Origin: Amphiscolops sp. MND2022
Lineage: Eukaryota
NCBI GenBank assembly: GCA_964187785.1
Contig: OZ076409.1
Coordinates: 65,908,001-65,972,000 of the forward strand
Direction: 5' to 3'
DNA: 64,000 nt
Under the pieces are notes generated by a model. The model was not told the origin of the DNA and did not search any database. It saw only the letters and a list, made by a program, of their open reading frames with translations. A program made the position numbers and the translations under genes. Positions 1 through 12,244 of the stretch are shown piece by piece; within the stretch, counting starts at the first letter, position 1, and each line of letters starts with the position of its first letter.

Positions 1-409
1 ACAGCGTTTTACTAAACGCCGCGAGAAAAAGTGGCATTTTGTGAATAATGCGCCCAACTAATATTTCAACTAGTTTTTATTCAGAAGAAAATGTGCACGA
101 TCATTCGAGTGACATGTTTTTTCGTCAGACAACAGAATGTATGTGTAACGTCCACTTTTTGAACAAAATTTCTAAACCTCAGAGATTAAACCAGAGTAGC
201 CATGGGCGCTTCCCAAACAAACGACCATCGACTCGATGTCTTCCGAGAACTAAATATGTCTGTTTTACGTGTTAAATAGTCTTCTCCCCATTTGTGTTTT
301 TTTCGACAATGTGCTACTTTTTCGAACTTTTCTTTATTTCTCTGCTTTTCGGTTTTCTCATGTTTCAACTTCCAAAAATACGTTTTTAAGCCTTAATTTT
401 CCCATGTTT

Positions 410-610
410 ACTCTGTTTTTTTTTCGGCACTGTGCGACTTGTTTTTGTGAATTTTTTTGCAATTATGGTCTTTTAAAATGTTTTTTTTTCAAGTGACAGG
501 CGTTTTTTTACAATGATACATTTTATACTCTGGAAATTGTACCCGGAACATAACTATGAGCTTTTACGTTTTTTGAGCTTCAAGCGCTGACTTAGGACGT
601 TCCCGTCTTG
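410..610 (+). mobile_element. HINE (non-autonomous Helentron-type) family A, 3' fragment
   Basis: Internal motif TTTTCGGCACTGTGCGACT at ~420. Ends in degenerate 3' subTIR GCGCTGACT plus hairpin GGACG-TTCC-CGTCT and TG at 584-610, matching the other copies in the window. No 5' end found. Confidence 0.6.
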
Positions 611-2902
611 CGTTTTTTTTCCTTTGGATAAGACCACAATATGTATACGAACAGAGTTTTTGTTCAGGCCGCCAGTTTGTTCATTGAGCCTTAAGCAGGG
701 CACCGACTTCAGACTTTAGACAATAAACTCTGCTAGTGTTAGAATGCGAATATTTTCCGATGCATCTTAGAAAATCGTTGGTTCTAAAATGGAACCATTG
801 ACGAGATTTGATTGGCCTTCAAAGAAAGGTATGCAAAAATATTAAAGGAAAAGTATGTAGGAGCATATGAATTCATTTAAATTGTTAAATGACCATGCCT
901 TGAGAAAACAATCAACTAAAGAATGTGTATTGCCTTCGTCTTTTAAACTGTTTGAAAAAACCTTGGATATAGAATTGTTTGATGCTTGTTTGTAGCGCTT
1001 ATAATCTCTCTCTAAACGTTCTCTTTTGATTCATGCAGCGTTTTTGTTCAAGTTGCATTAATGTTTCTTTCATCTGACACTCGAGAGATCCTCCTTTTTT
1101 GCTTCAATGAAATCGAGAAACGTTTAACTCACTATTCTATTTGATTGACATTAAGATAAATATAGCCAATAAATATCACAAACGCACAGCTCTTGAATTT
1201 ATGAGTTCCAATACTTGAGTTTGTTGAACAAAGCAGGAGAAATTTTCAAACCTCATTGAAAAATAAATTGAACCTTGCTCGTCAAATAGATACTGACAGG
1301 GGAAAAAGTTTTCATTTGAATACGTTATCTCTGACTTAGAGCATACGCTTAATTCTGAAGCATTCAGAAACGAAACATCACCTTCAGTTGAGCCAATAAA
1401 TTCCACGAAGAAATTTTTAGTTTTTTTAAAACAAAAATAAAATCATGCGTTTCACGTAATTGTGTACGTGACGCATCGATTGAAGTGATGAAATAGGAGT
1501 CTTGTTTAATAAAACATTCAATTTGAATCCAGATTACCGACTTGCTTAATTTACTGATGGAAAATCAAAAATGAAATTTGACTTAATCTTGAGGTTAAAT
1601 CGAAAGTTTGCTTTGGATTTTCCATCAGTATATTTTGATCAGTTCCATGATAGTGGTAATGTTGATTTTTGAAATGAAACAAATGAGATTTCGTTTTTGC
1701 AACGCAAACTTCACTGAGCAACTAATGCGTGTTGGTTTCACCTTTTGTGAACTAGTGAATTGACGAAACTACGCCTACTATACTGTTACAACTATTGCCA
1801 ATGTAATTTTTCAAGTTGCAAGTTGCTATGTGTACCTAAGTTTCTTTTCTAATAGCCTCCGCGACACTTTTTTTTCGCAAATTTCAATCACTGCATTAGC
1901 ATGATACAATCGATAGATGCATTTTCATACATGCAATCGCAACAACCTTGTACGTAGTGGAAAACCAAGAAAAGAGTAATTGAGTACTTATATTCCCGAC
2001 ACTTCACCAAAAATTCTCAAACTAAATTTCCCCACTCATTATTTCTGGAAGACAGCAAAACAACTCTCTCAAACGGTGTTTTCTCAAATTAATTTTGCAA
2101 TAGTCTACTTTCAGAGTCAAAGAAGAAAGTTTCTTCCACAGATCTCAACGACAAAACGTAAAGATTTGAGCATAATTATTTGTGAAGACACATTAAATTT
2201 TTTGAAAAAAGTGCTAACATGTAAAGTGTTAAAAAGGGCCAAAAAACGTTTTAGAAATTTGCAAAGGTCGGACAAAAGAAAACCACGATCGAGCATAGAA
2301 ACGTGAACAAAGAAATACAAAGACTGAGAAATGCCATAATCTGTTTGAGAATGATAGCAAAGTTTCATTTCGTCAGTACGGAGTTAAATTGGTGCTTTTC
2401 GCGCGATTAACCGGAAGATCAACATCATAATGTTTTCTATGCTTTTCGGTCTATGTGTTATTTTGTGACAGTATTGAGATGCATACATCTTTTCTCCATG
2501 AATTTGTTTTTGCTCTGTTATTTACCCTCGTGTTTTTCTGACATAATTTTCTACCGAAACTAACTGCCGAGTACCACGAACTTTTCTACCCGTTCTGAAA
2601 GGCTACTTAAAAGTTGAATTTGTTGGCTTATTGCGCGTTGTTTGTAGCAATTACAGACCGGAGAGTACATTGGAGGACGGCTTCGAAACATCTCACCTTA
2701 GGGATTTTTTCGGGCACTGCGCGTTAGGCATTCAGTGTCTGTAACTGCTGGACAAAACTGATCCCCTGGATGTTCTAGTTTTACGCTAAAAACGATCCGG
2801 TGCTCAATGGGCGTCGTTTCATCATAGGGGAGTGTATTCAAGGGTATCTTTCTACATTTCAGTTTTATATATTTTCTTCGATTTTTCGTATTTATTTTAT
2901 CG

Positions 2903-3619
2903 ATTACCAGAAATTTCGTCGTCGGAAATTTCGTCGTCAGAAATTTCGTCGTCGGAAATTTCGTCGTCGGAAATTTCGTCGTCGGAAATTTCGTCGTCGG
3001 AAATTTCGTCGTCGGAAATTTCGTCGTCGGTGATTACGTTCTGTAAAACGTCGCATTATCTTTAATCTATTAGGAATCGTCTTATTATTGAGTCTTAATA
3101 ATTATCGATAATTGTGCAATAATTACTATCATTGACTACTTTTTGTTATGGTTTTGAGAAAAAAAGTTCCTTATAACTCCCCATATACACCTTGTTTGTT
3201 ATCCCCCCGACACGAAGTTGTTTCGACACTTGAAGCAAAAATTTCCATTACCAGAGGATTTTTTGATAATTTTCTGACAAAAAAGTAAAAATTCCTCCTG
3301 GAGCAAGCTTGAATTGTATTGTAAAGGACCCGGTAAATAGTTCCACCGGTAGGACTGAAAATATACCATTGCTTAATAAGCGTCTTGATGAGTCGATTGA
3401 ATGCAATTAACTTTTTGACTCAATTTTGGTGTCAAAATGAAACTTGTTCTTAAGATCTCATTTTAATAATTAAGTAATTGTATAATTCAAATGATATCTT
3501 CTGGTGAACGCTGTTATTCTAATCAATACGACGAAATTTCTGACGACGAAATTTCTGGATTTGCTGATACGACGAAATTTCTTACGACGAAATTTCTGGC
3601 GACGAAATTTCCGCCTCCC
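2903..3619. mobile_element. Fold-back MITE with 15-bp tandem subterminal repeats, possibly Mutator/Foldback-like
   Basis: About 8 copies of GAAATTTCGTCGTCG at 2910-3029 and inverted copies (ACGACGAAATTTC) at 3528-3611. Right end is ...GAAATTTCCGCCTCCC. Direct repeat ATTTTATCG(A) at 2894-2903 and 3620-3629 is a likely 9-10-bp TSD. The left terminus is degraded. Confidence 0.7.
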
Positions 3620-3800
3620 ATTTTATCGAATTCAACTTAGTCTGTTGACGCCATTCAAACTCACACAGAAAGATATCACGGCGACAATATTGTTTTAAAC
3701 ATCGAAACAATTTTAAAGTGTAGGCAAATAAATATTCCTGTATGGGTTCTCATTCATCGAATCATTTGGAATTGTACCAGTTGTTGTTTCCGCGTAGTAT

Positions 3801-4593
3801 AATAAGACGCGTAGTTCAAGAGCGTGATTTCTTCCACTCTGAACTAAGTTAGCAACTGACATTCAAAATCTGCTCAAAACATGCAAAAAAGCATGAGCAT
3901 TGAAATTTCATTTTAAAAATTCATAAAATTATTCTGAAAAAAAAGTGGAATTATCGTCAAAATACATCAGGCTCCGAAGAGCTCTTCTTGTCGTTGAATA
4001 TTAGGGTTAAAACTCTGTCTTTTAATTATGCGGTTTTTAAACTGGCAAAATTGGTAGAATAAAACAATATAATTTTTTAATCCTCTAAAATTATGACTGC
4101 TCGCAAGTTATTGAACTTTCATTTCACAAGGACTTTCCTTTGAAATTTACGACATATTGGGTTCATAACATATCCTTAATGGCTCGCCGAATAGCGGCGC
4201 TTCTAAAATTTTATGGCACCGAAGATTTTTCGACCCATGGAAGTTGACGCGAAAGTGTGTGTGAACTTGAATATCTGGGTCATCAAGACGTCAGAAAGGC
4301 AAAACATGGCGACGACAAGATTCAAACCTTGGACTTATGGCATGACAGCGTACTGCCCGATACCAACAAGACGCCCGCTAAGCACCGTAATATTTTCCGC
4401 TAAAAATGCAACGCATCAGCACGGGTTCGAACCCACAACCTCGTGTCTGCAAGGCAGACGCACTACCAACTGCGTCATGGTGACTATAATTTACTTAATG
4501 AAGTAATAAATTGGAGATTTGGCAGAATTTGTAAAAAAACGCAACACAGATTATGATTTTCCTCCCCCATTATATGTGGGCGGAAAATAATAA
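3801..4593 (-). mobile_element. Probable second HINE-like family (B) carrying tRNA-derived modules
   Basis: Terminal 43-nt hairpin 4551-4593 (TTATGATTTTCC...GGAAAATAATAA). The opposite end AATAAGACGCGTAG... at 3801 resembles the AACAAGACG end of family A. Contains tRNA-like segments. Boundaries are inferred. Confidence 0.4.
4413..4484 (-). pseudogene. tRNA-Ala(TGC)-like pseudogene / SINE-type head
   Basis: Minus strand reads GTCACCATGACGCAGTTGGTAGTGCGTCTGCCTTGCAGACACGAGGTTGTGGGTTCGAACCCGTGCTGATGC. It has an A-box-like TGACGCAGTTGG, a CT-TGC-A loop and a B-box GGTTCGAACCC, but acceptor and anticodon stems pair poorly. Confidence 0.6.
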
Positions 4594-5910
4594 ATCAAAT
4601 TTTTCTTCGACCGTGACCAAACATCCACATACCAAACGTGAGATGGTAAATAGAATTTCACGCAAAATTCTGTTGCGATAGCAATATGATGATTGCTTAT
4701 TCTTTTAATCACAGAAAAATGCTCATGGAAATGGTTTCCTGATCTTGAAAACACTTCCCATCAAGATCTTGCAAGTCAATGCATAGAAATATCGTGAAAA
4801 TCAACGTGTATGTTTTTCTTGAGAGGATTTTGTAATCAGCAGTGAGAACTTTACACAATCCTTGCAAAGGTTGCGTTTTGCTTCTTTCTAGGCCAGGAAA
4901 CATGTACCTACAAGGCATTTAATCGAATTTAAAAAACACTATTTCTCAATGAATGATTTTTCTTAAAGGTCAATGAAATGCCACTACTCACGGTTTTATT
5001 TCCCGTCTCCGTTCTGATTCCGCTACAGAAACCACTTCGTCTTTGAATCACGTTAATCGGTGAACTGAAACTAGGAGCCAAATCTTAGTCGGCTCGTTCG
5101 CCACCTTAAACACAACTGCGCCTGATGAAATAATAGAACAATAAGATGCAAGAAAATAGAAAAGTTCGTTTCTGACAAATTTAGGATCTATTTTTTGGGA
5201 AACTAAGCTCAGTTCAAGAGTTTCTATCACCACTTGACAAGATTATGTGGCTCTAAGACAACCAACCTTCTTTTCTGAAAGTAATCTACAATGTATTCCG
5301 TTCCTTTCAAAACGAACACTAAAGGTTTGAGCTCTCAGTTTGAAAAAGCTTTGTCAACATTTTCCAAAATCACAATTCTGGTGCTTCAGATATGCAAAGC
5401 TTCGTAAATAATTTTACCCTTTTATTCCGCATCCCTTATGGCTGTCAAAAAAATTTACGCATTTTTCTTTACATATGAATGGATTACTGAAACTGAACGC
5501 TAGCCTTCAGTGTTGATATTATGTTCTTTACAAATTCATATGATTTGTCCAGTATGAAATTTTTCTACGAATAAAAAATCTCTAAACGCAGCAGAGATAG
5601 ATAACCGACGGGTATATCATATATTTAATCAGCGTAAAATGAATTTTTGAGAGATGAAATTCGATCGATGAAAAGTAATGTGAAAAAAAATGGAACAAAC
5701 TTGTTGTTTCGTTTATTTCAGCGGTCATAAGAATCCACAACCAGAAGTCCCAAACTTCGTTTTGAATCTGAAATTAATAAATATCCCGTGTTTGTGTGAT
5801 TTTTCAAGGTGCTGTTAATTACTAATAAAACATTTTTAGATGACCTAAAATTTTTGTAGCTTCGTTAAATTTTTGTTCACTTTTAATTTAAAATTTAAAT
5901 TTGAAAACAT

Positions 5911-6290
5911 CCTTTATTGGTTCAAAGGTCATGTATTTTTATCATCCACAATTCTTGGGTTCGCTGTGTCGAGAACCATCCCATGATCATGAAATGATAT
6001 CCATGACTCATGACTGTCGATGAAAAGAGCCATGATGCCAGGGATGATTATGGACGAAAAAGATCATTTATGTTTTAGTATTGACAGTCCTAAACACCAG
6101 TTATTGTTGTGGATATTCGTGCTTCGTGACAGAACCATTTGTTCTTTTTGGATAATTTTTCATAGTTTATATGTAATACGCCATAGATAACTATCCTTAC
6201 TCAAACGTACAGAAAAAAAACTATCCATGAAAATCCATGAAAGCAAAAGCAATATCATAAAGAAGCCAAGATTATGAGTAAGATGTTAAG
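5911..6290 (+). repeat. CATG-rich dispersed repeat (MITE-like), homologous to 30465-30746 in opposite orientation
   Basis: TTGGTTCAAAGGTCATG...TGTCGAGAACCATCCCATGATCATGAAA matches the reverse complement of 30658-30746 (TTGGTTTACGGTCCATGG...TGTCAAGAATCATTTCATGATCATGAAA). Confidence 0.55.
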
Positions 6291-7331
6291 ATGAACAGAC
6301 AAGTTAAGATAATTCAAATTCAATTATTTCACTTTTCAATCCTGAAGACGACTATAAGGACTTTCAGGTTGTGATAACTTTCAGCTTTTCTGTGATAAAT
6401 TCATTGCGAAAAAAGACAAAGTTGAAAATGTAAATAAACAATTGAAGTTGATAAAGATTATTGGATCGCAAGAAATTTACAACATAAATTTTGTAGCTCC
6501 GAAACCCAAACCAATGACACTTGAATACGATCTCATGCGAAGCGATTTCAGCATACCGCTGCAAAGACATTTCCCGTTGTGAATCATTCTAATGACGAAA
6601 ACTCTACGGAGCATGACCAATGCATTACGAATCTTGAAATATTCAAAAAAATGACTACAATTTTTGGTCATATACTGCAAATTGTGTCCGTCTCAGCTCA
6701 AAGACTTGTCCCGGCAATTACAGAGGACGAGAATGACTAGTGCCACGGTGCAGAACCCAAAAGCAGACTGAAATGAGGCCAATTTAGTGCAAAAAGGACT
6801 CAATTAGCAAATTGCTAATCTCGACAAGACGGATCTAAAACTGAAACTTACGCTGCGAATTCTTTAGCATGATGCTACTGATTTTTTTTGATTGCCTAAA
6901 ATGAGTCTTTCTGCTTAAATAAGTCTACAGGGCTTGTGTTCCCTTCTTATTGCCGTGTAAAGTCAATAGGGCTGTAAATTATCGTATTTTCTTGATGTCT
7001 TAGCTCGTGGGCTACTATTTCTCACTTTCCTATGATCCGAAGAATTTATAGTTGACACCATCGCCCACGTTCTTAAAGGCTGTCTAAGCGGTGATCTTGA
7101 AGGGGAAAGCAAGGTGCTCGTTGCTGATGGCAATTACAGACTGGAGTACTCCTTAGATGTGGAATCCTCTTCTGACGGGCCACGTTTACCTCAAGAGGGT
7201 AAAATTTTAAGAAAAAAAGTCGCACAGTGCCGAAAAAATCTAAAGGGGGACCCTTAGGGCACAGAATGCATGGTAATTATAGTAGGGACATGATCATGCA
7301 TGTAAATAAGATCATCTTGAGACAACATACG

Positions 7332-7821
7332 AACAAGACGAGACGTCTAACGTTGGCGCTATATCTAAGGCTCAAAAAGCGCAAAACATTTTTCCGGAAA
7401 AAAACTTGAAATTTTTGAATTTTTTTCTCGGAAAATGTATAGTGCCGAAAAATGTGAAAGGGACCCTTTTGGATTCATTAACATACATTGTGCTGCAAAA
7501 TATCAAAAAACTCGAAGGGGGACCCTTTGGGGTCATTGAAAAATTTTCGAAAAAAAAGTCGCACAAGCCGAGAAAAATCGAAAGGACCCTTTAGTTTCGT
7601 CCAGTTTTGTAGGTTACGTTAAAAAAGTAAAAAAAGAAGGGGTGACCCCTTTGCACTAATTTCCGCTGACCGGACTTGGCCTTATGGTAGTAGTTTTAGT
7701 AGTTTCGATTGTAAGAAAAGTGGCCCAATCAGAGTGAGATAGTAGTCTGACGAAAAAAAAGAAAAAAAACTAGCCACTGTAAGAGTCGGGCACTTTTCAA
7801 TAGAAAAGCGCCGACTAAAAA
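7332..7821 (-). mobile_element. HINE family A, full-length copy
   Basis: Plus strand starts AACAAGACGAGACGTCTAACGTTGGCGC (hairpin plus subTIR). It ends AGTCGGGCAC...GAAAAGCGCCGACTAAAAA (short inverted repeat, subTIR, A/T run). No TSD. Confidence 0.85.
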
Positions 7822-8803
7822 GACATCATTGCACAAACTTGAATATATGTTCGATTACGAGGTTCTTGTGAAGCCGAGGTTTTGCCTGGCCAACTGAAAG
7901 AGTTGACGCTGACAACACAACTGCCGAGAAGGTGCATGAAAAATCCCACATACAATGAAACATAAAAATAATTCCACAAAAAGTAATATATTGTAACTTC
8001 AATCTGTCACCTCTGGTAGATATTGAGGAATGCATAGTATGTGTATTTGACCGGGACAGGCGTCCATGTCCATCAATCCATTTTGCCTCCTTAGGGCACA
8101 AACTGCCCCGTCACAGGAGGATTTCGCTTCTTTGCAGTACTCGACGGCTTACTCCAGTCTTTAATTGCTGTCAGTAACATGAATTACGCTGCTGTTTCTT
8201 TGGACTACCGCTTAGACAGCCTTCAAAAATCGAAGGTATATTGGTGCCAAAGGTAAATTTCTTCCGGGAACAAATCATTATGAAATAGTAGCTCACGAGC
8301 TACACAAGCGCCGTAAGCTTGCTTAGGCTAATTGACTCAATTAGGTGATCACTATCGTATGTATCAATTTGCTAACAAAAGCGCCTAGTTTTGCAGAGAG
8401 TTTGTTTTGGCGTAATTAGCAGTTTTGCTACTGAGTCGTCTCATATCGATTCTGTGTCTTCCTTTGATTTCTTCTCCGTCTGGGTATGAATATGGTGGTG
8501 AAATGTGCTTCTTTTTGAAGACAGGTCTTTTTGAAGACACGGTTTTGATTAGCAGCAACTGACTGAAAGTCGCGATATCTAGTTGTGAACGAGTTTTTCA
8601 TTTGTGGCAGGTGATCGTTACATATCTTTGACTTCGAGGTCTTGTAAAATCGTTATCAGAACCATCATTCACACTGATGCAAAGACACAATTTTACAAAC
8701 AAATGAATGCATGTTCGATGAATGTATGTAAGATAAGGCCTGAAATCACTATCCCAAGGTATGGGATCTGAAGTCACTACTTTCGGGTGGAATAATAGAT
8801 AAT

Positions 8804-9230
8804 AACAAGATGAGAACGTCTCAAGTCGGCGCTATATCTAAGGCTCAAAAAGCGCAATACATTTTTGTTGGAAAAAAACTTTTGATTTTTTTCCTTACGA
8901 AAAATGTCGCATAGTGTCGAAAAATGTAGAAGGGGGCGCTTTTGGATTTATTAACATACATTCTGTTGCAAAATATCAAAAAACTCGAAAGGGGGACCCT
9001 TTGGGGACATTAAAATTTTTTTTAAAAAAAAGTCGCTCAGTGCCGAAAAAATCCAAAGGGGGGACCCTTTAGGCACAGAATGCATGGTAATTATAGTAGG
9101 GACATGATCATGCATGTAAATGCATGTGAATCTGTACCATGGAAAGTAGCGGTATGAAGCGATATAAACAACCGAACAAAAAGGTTAGCTTGCAATCCCG
9201 CATGCAAAAAAGACTACACCTTAAAGCAGT
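8804..9230 (-). mobile_element. HINE family A copy, 3' part joined to an unrelated cassette
   Basis: AACAAGATGAGAACGTCTCAAGTCGGCGCTATATCTAAGGCTCAAAAAGCGC at 8804. Family core runs to ~9070, then a CATG-rich cassette also present at 7255-7307. Canonical 5' end not found. Confidence 0.7.
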
Positions 9231-11906
9231 CTTGTATCTTGTTTGTACTATAAACGGTAAAAATCTGTGCAACTTTGCAAGCTCTTGCCGAGAAAATGGA
9301 TAAAATAATTTCGGCCGAAAAAAGGCTCAGATATCTTTTGAGCTGGAGAAAGCATCCATAAACTCCAATAGTTATAATCAGGAATATCAAGAAAAAAAAG
9401 ATGAGCGAAAAAAGTGAGGGGTCTCAAGATTCCCATATACAAGGTAGATCATCGCAAAATCAAAAATCACTAAGAAGATGAACGAATATGCTTTGAAAAA
9501 TGACCTGAAACTACCAGAATAAGATGTGAAAGCACTAAGATGTGAAAGCACCCTAAACATTGAACAGCAAAACTGAACAAGCTCTGAAAAATTGCTCAAA
9601 TTATAATAATTACTACAAATATTGTCTAAAGTCACCGAAAATTATACGAAAGAATTTGTAATTGTATTTTGAAAATCACTGGAATACATCTGGAAATACT
9701 GTGATGATACCTAAAACCATCTAAAGCCACGGCTGAACACTTTGCAAGAGTACTGCAGAAAACAGGAAAACTAAAAAGTCCAGGAGATGAAACTCATTAC
9801 TAGATAAATTTCCTACAACGCAGAAAAAACTTCATCGATGGAAAAAATGAATCTGATAATCTTGTCATGAGAGGAACAAGATTTGTAAGCACTGCCACTG
9901 CTGTATATGATGTAATAGCACTTTTCACCTTATAAATAACTTGAATAACAGCAAAAACAATCGATATCAGAGGCAATTTAAAATTTTTAAAGATAAGAGT
10001 TAAGTAAGATGCAAAAGCACAGCTCAAAACTATCTTTTATCACAGCGAATTTTTTTTCTAAACTCGCTGCAGGTTAAAATCTAAATCGCATTTCGCACAA
10101 TCTTTGTCCATCAAATTCGGCGCGCAAAATAATGAACCTCGAAAAATATCATGAGCCATGAAAATAATGCAACCAATACAGCAGTTTTTGAATAATTTGG
10201 CTAGAAGTAGGCAAATAGGAGTCTAGAAAAGCTCAACCACAACTTCCTTCGTTTCGAATTTTTTGAATTTCAGATTAATTTTTATCACTGTTTGAATTAT
10301 TTTTGTAGTTATCTTGGCAATACCTTTCCAGAAGTCGAGGATTTTTCAAGACGTGGTGAGAGGTTGAAAAATGTAAAAAGGAATTTGTAGGAGATCCAAG
10401 GTCTTACCAGATGTTTCGAGATTCTTCGGCTTGGGTATACCTGGAGGTATAATAATTCGTTGCCTCCAGGGACGTTTTGTCGGTGAAAATTCAAAACTCC
10501 TGGCAATGATTTAGAAAAAAAAGGGATTTTCTCCAAATGTCGCAAGAATCAATTTACTGTAGTAACTTGATTTTTTAGGACGTTAGACGATTTTATATTT
10601 TTCATTCAATAAATATGAAAATTCTTGAAAATCGTGCATTTTCGTGAAACGCTTGGAAAGAAGACGCTAACAAAAGTGTTGAAAACAAACAAAAACCGAC
10701 GTCAACTGCAGCTGGATCAGCGGCGTACCTTTTATGTCTAAGCCGTTCATGCTACCGACCAACCTATCACGTCCTGAGTTTCATCAATACTTTGAGTTGT
10801 CCTTTAACCAACACTTCAAAGAATGATAGTCAGGTGGTAGTGCGAACAATAGCAAAGTAAATTTAATCAAAATTGTTGTTTGTTTTACGAGATTTACTTC
10901 CTCGACACTCTTGATTGGACTCTTACCAAGATTCATACCAAGAAAAGCAAGAAGTTTGTGTGAAGCAAGAATAAACAAGATCTTCCCAAGGCTTTCAAGA
11001 GTAAACGGGAATATGTAAGAATATGGAAGATCTTGGCAAGAGTTTCAAGATCTTGGCCAGAAAAGGATATTCTGCACTGTGTATATTTTAATGAATTCAA
11101 AAGGTACAAAAAATTGCGGAGTACTTACTTCTTGACTTCTCCAATTAAAAATCAAAAAGTAATTTGAATTCGGCCTCTAAACGAGGGTCACTGAAATTGG
11201 AGCAGCCAATTAACTTTATAATCTACTTTTTCTTGTCCAAAGCCCTAAGTTTTCTTCAATTTCTTGTCGATAAGGCATTTTGCAAAATTTAATGACCGAG
11301 TTGCATGCTATGTAATTATTTTTACTCTCAAATTTGTAAGACGGGAAATCAACACTAGCTTCTTACATTATTCAGCAAGTAGTGTAAACAAGAATTTCCC
11401 GTGGAAAACTCCTGCTCAAATAAAATGAGAGCTGAAAAGAGCAGCAAAAACGACGAAGTGTTTCGAGGAAAGTCAATTAGATGAAGTTGCTTACTTTTTG
11501 CCAGTCTGAAAGTGAAAGAGTAGCGGGACAAATGAAGTGCGAAAGGTTGACAAAAAAGGGACAGATAAAACTGACAAGCGTGAAAATCAACATTTTTTGT
11601 ATTCAAGCAGTTCCTTTAATTGCTTTTTTATTTGAAAAATTCTGTATTCACTTTGATTTCTTCATTCGATGAATTTTGTTTGATAAAATTGACTGTCGAA
11701 GAAAAACAAAAATGTATAGACAAAATTAGGATTGTCTATTGAATTTCTCACAATGTAAACTAATTATTTTTCCGAGTTTACGACTGGAGTTGTTAAATTA
11801 GCTTTAAATCGAAGCTTATTCAATTTCAAGACGCAGGAAAAACATTTGCAATGAATCAGAGTATTAGTAAAATCCAAACTCTAGAAATCTTAATGAAGTC
11901 TTTAAC

Positions 11907-12244
11907 GGGTGAATTCCCAAATAACATAAGAGCAAATAACATAAAAACAAAATTAGTTTCAAATAACATAAAAATGAAATGAGTTTCAAATAACATAAAA
12001 ATGAAATGAGTTTCACTAACATAAAATTGTTTACGAGAAAGTTTTACTGGTCAAAATCATTCACAATTCAAAAGATTCGCTGGAAAAAGTATGAATAATT
12101 ACAAATAAAATTTTGTGAGTTCGATTGTTTAACCGGGTACTCGGTTTAATTTTTATGTTATTTGAAACTAATTTCATTTTTATGTTATTTGAAACTAATT
12201 TTGTTTTTATGTTATTTGCTCTTATGTTATTTGGTACGTAATCC
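11907..12244. mobile_element. Fold-back MITE with 26-bp subterminal repeats
   Basis: CCAAATAACATAAGAGCAAATAACATAAAAACAAAATTAGTTTCAAATAACATAAAAATGAAAT... from 11917 is mirrored in inverted form at ~12150-12234. Termini are GG...CC, flanked by direct repeat TTTAAC (11901-11906 and 12245-12250). Confidence 0.8.

Larger units (their letters stand above)
5000..8500 (-). pseudogene. Highly degenerate LTR-retrotransposon pol relic, fragmented by later insertions
   Basis: Weak motif resemblances only: RNase H-like 'SSGAVVFKV...WLLVS' (ORF 5048-5233) and RT-like 'EIVFKCHWFGFRS...FIYIFNFVFF' (ORF 6364-6570), in a colinear order. No LTRs found. Confidence 0.3.

Noticed and set aside
700..1420. Possible LINE endonuclease relic on the minus strand
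   Set aside because: No catalytic motif could be read with confidence.
2800..3065. ORFs encoding (RRRKF)n or (SSSEI)n, superficially protamine-like
   Set aside because: They are translations of the 15-bp MITE subterminal array, mirrored by the inverted arm at 3528-3611.
4413..4484. Functional tRNA-Ala gene
   Set aside because: Acceptor and anticodon stems do not pair properly and it is embedded in a repeat.
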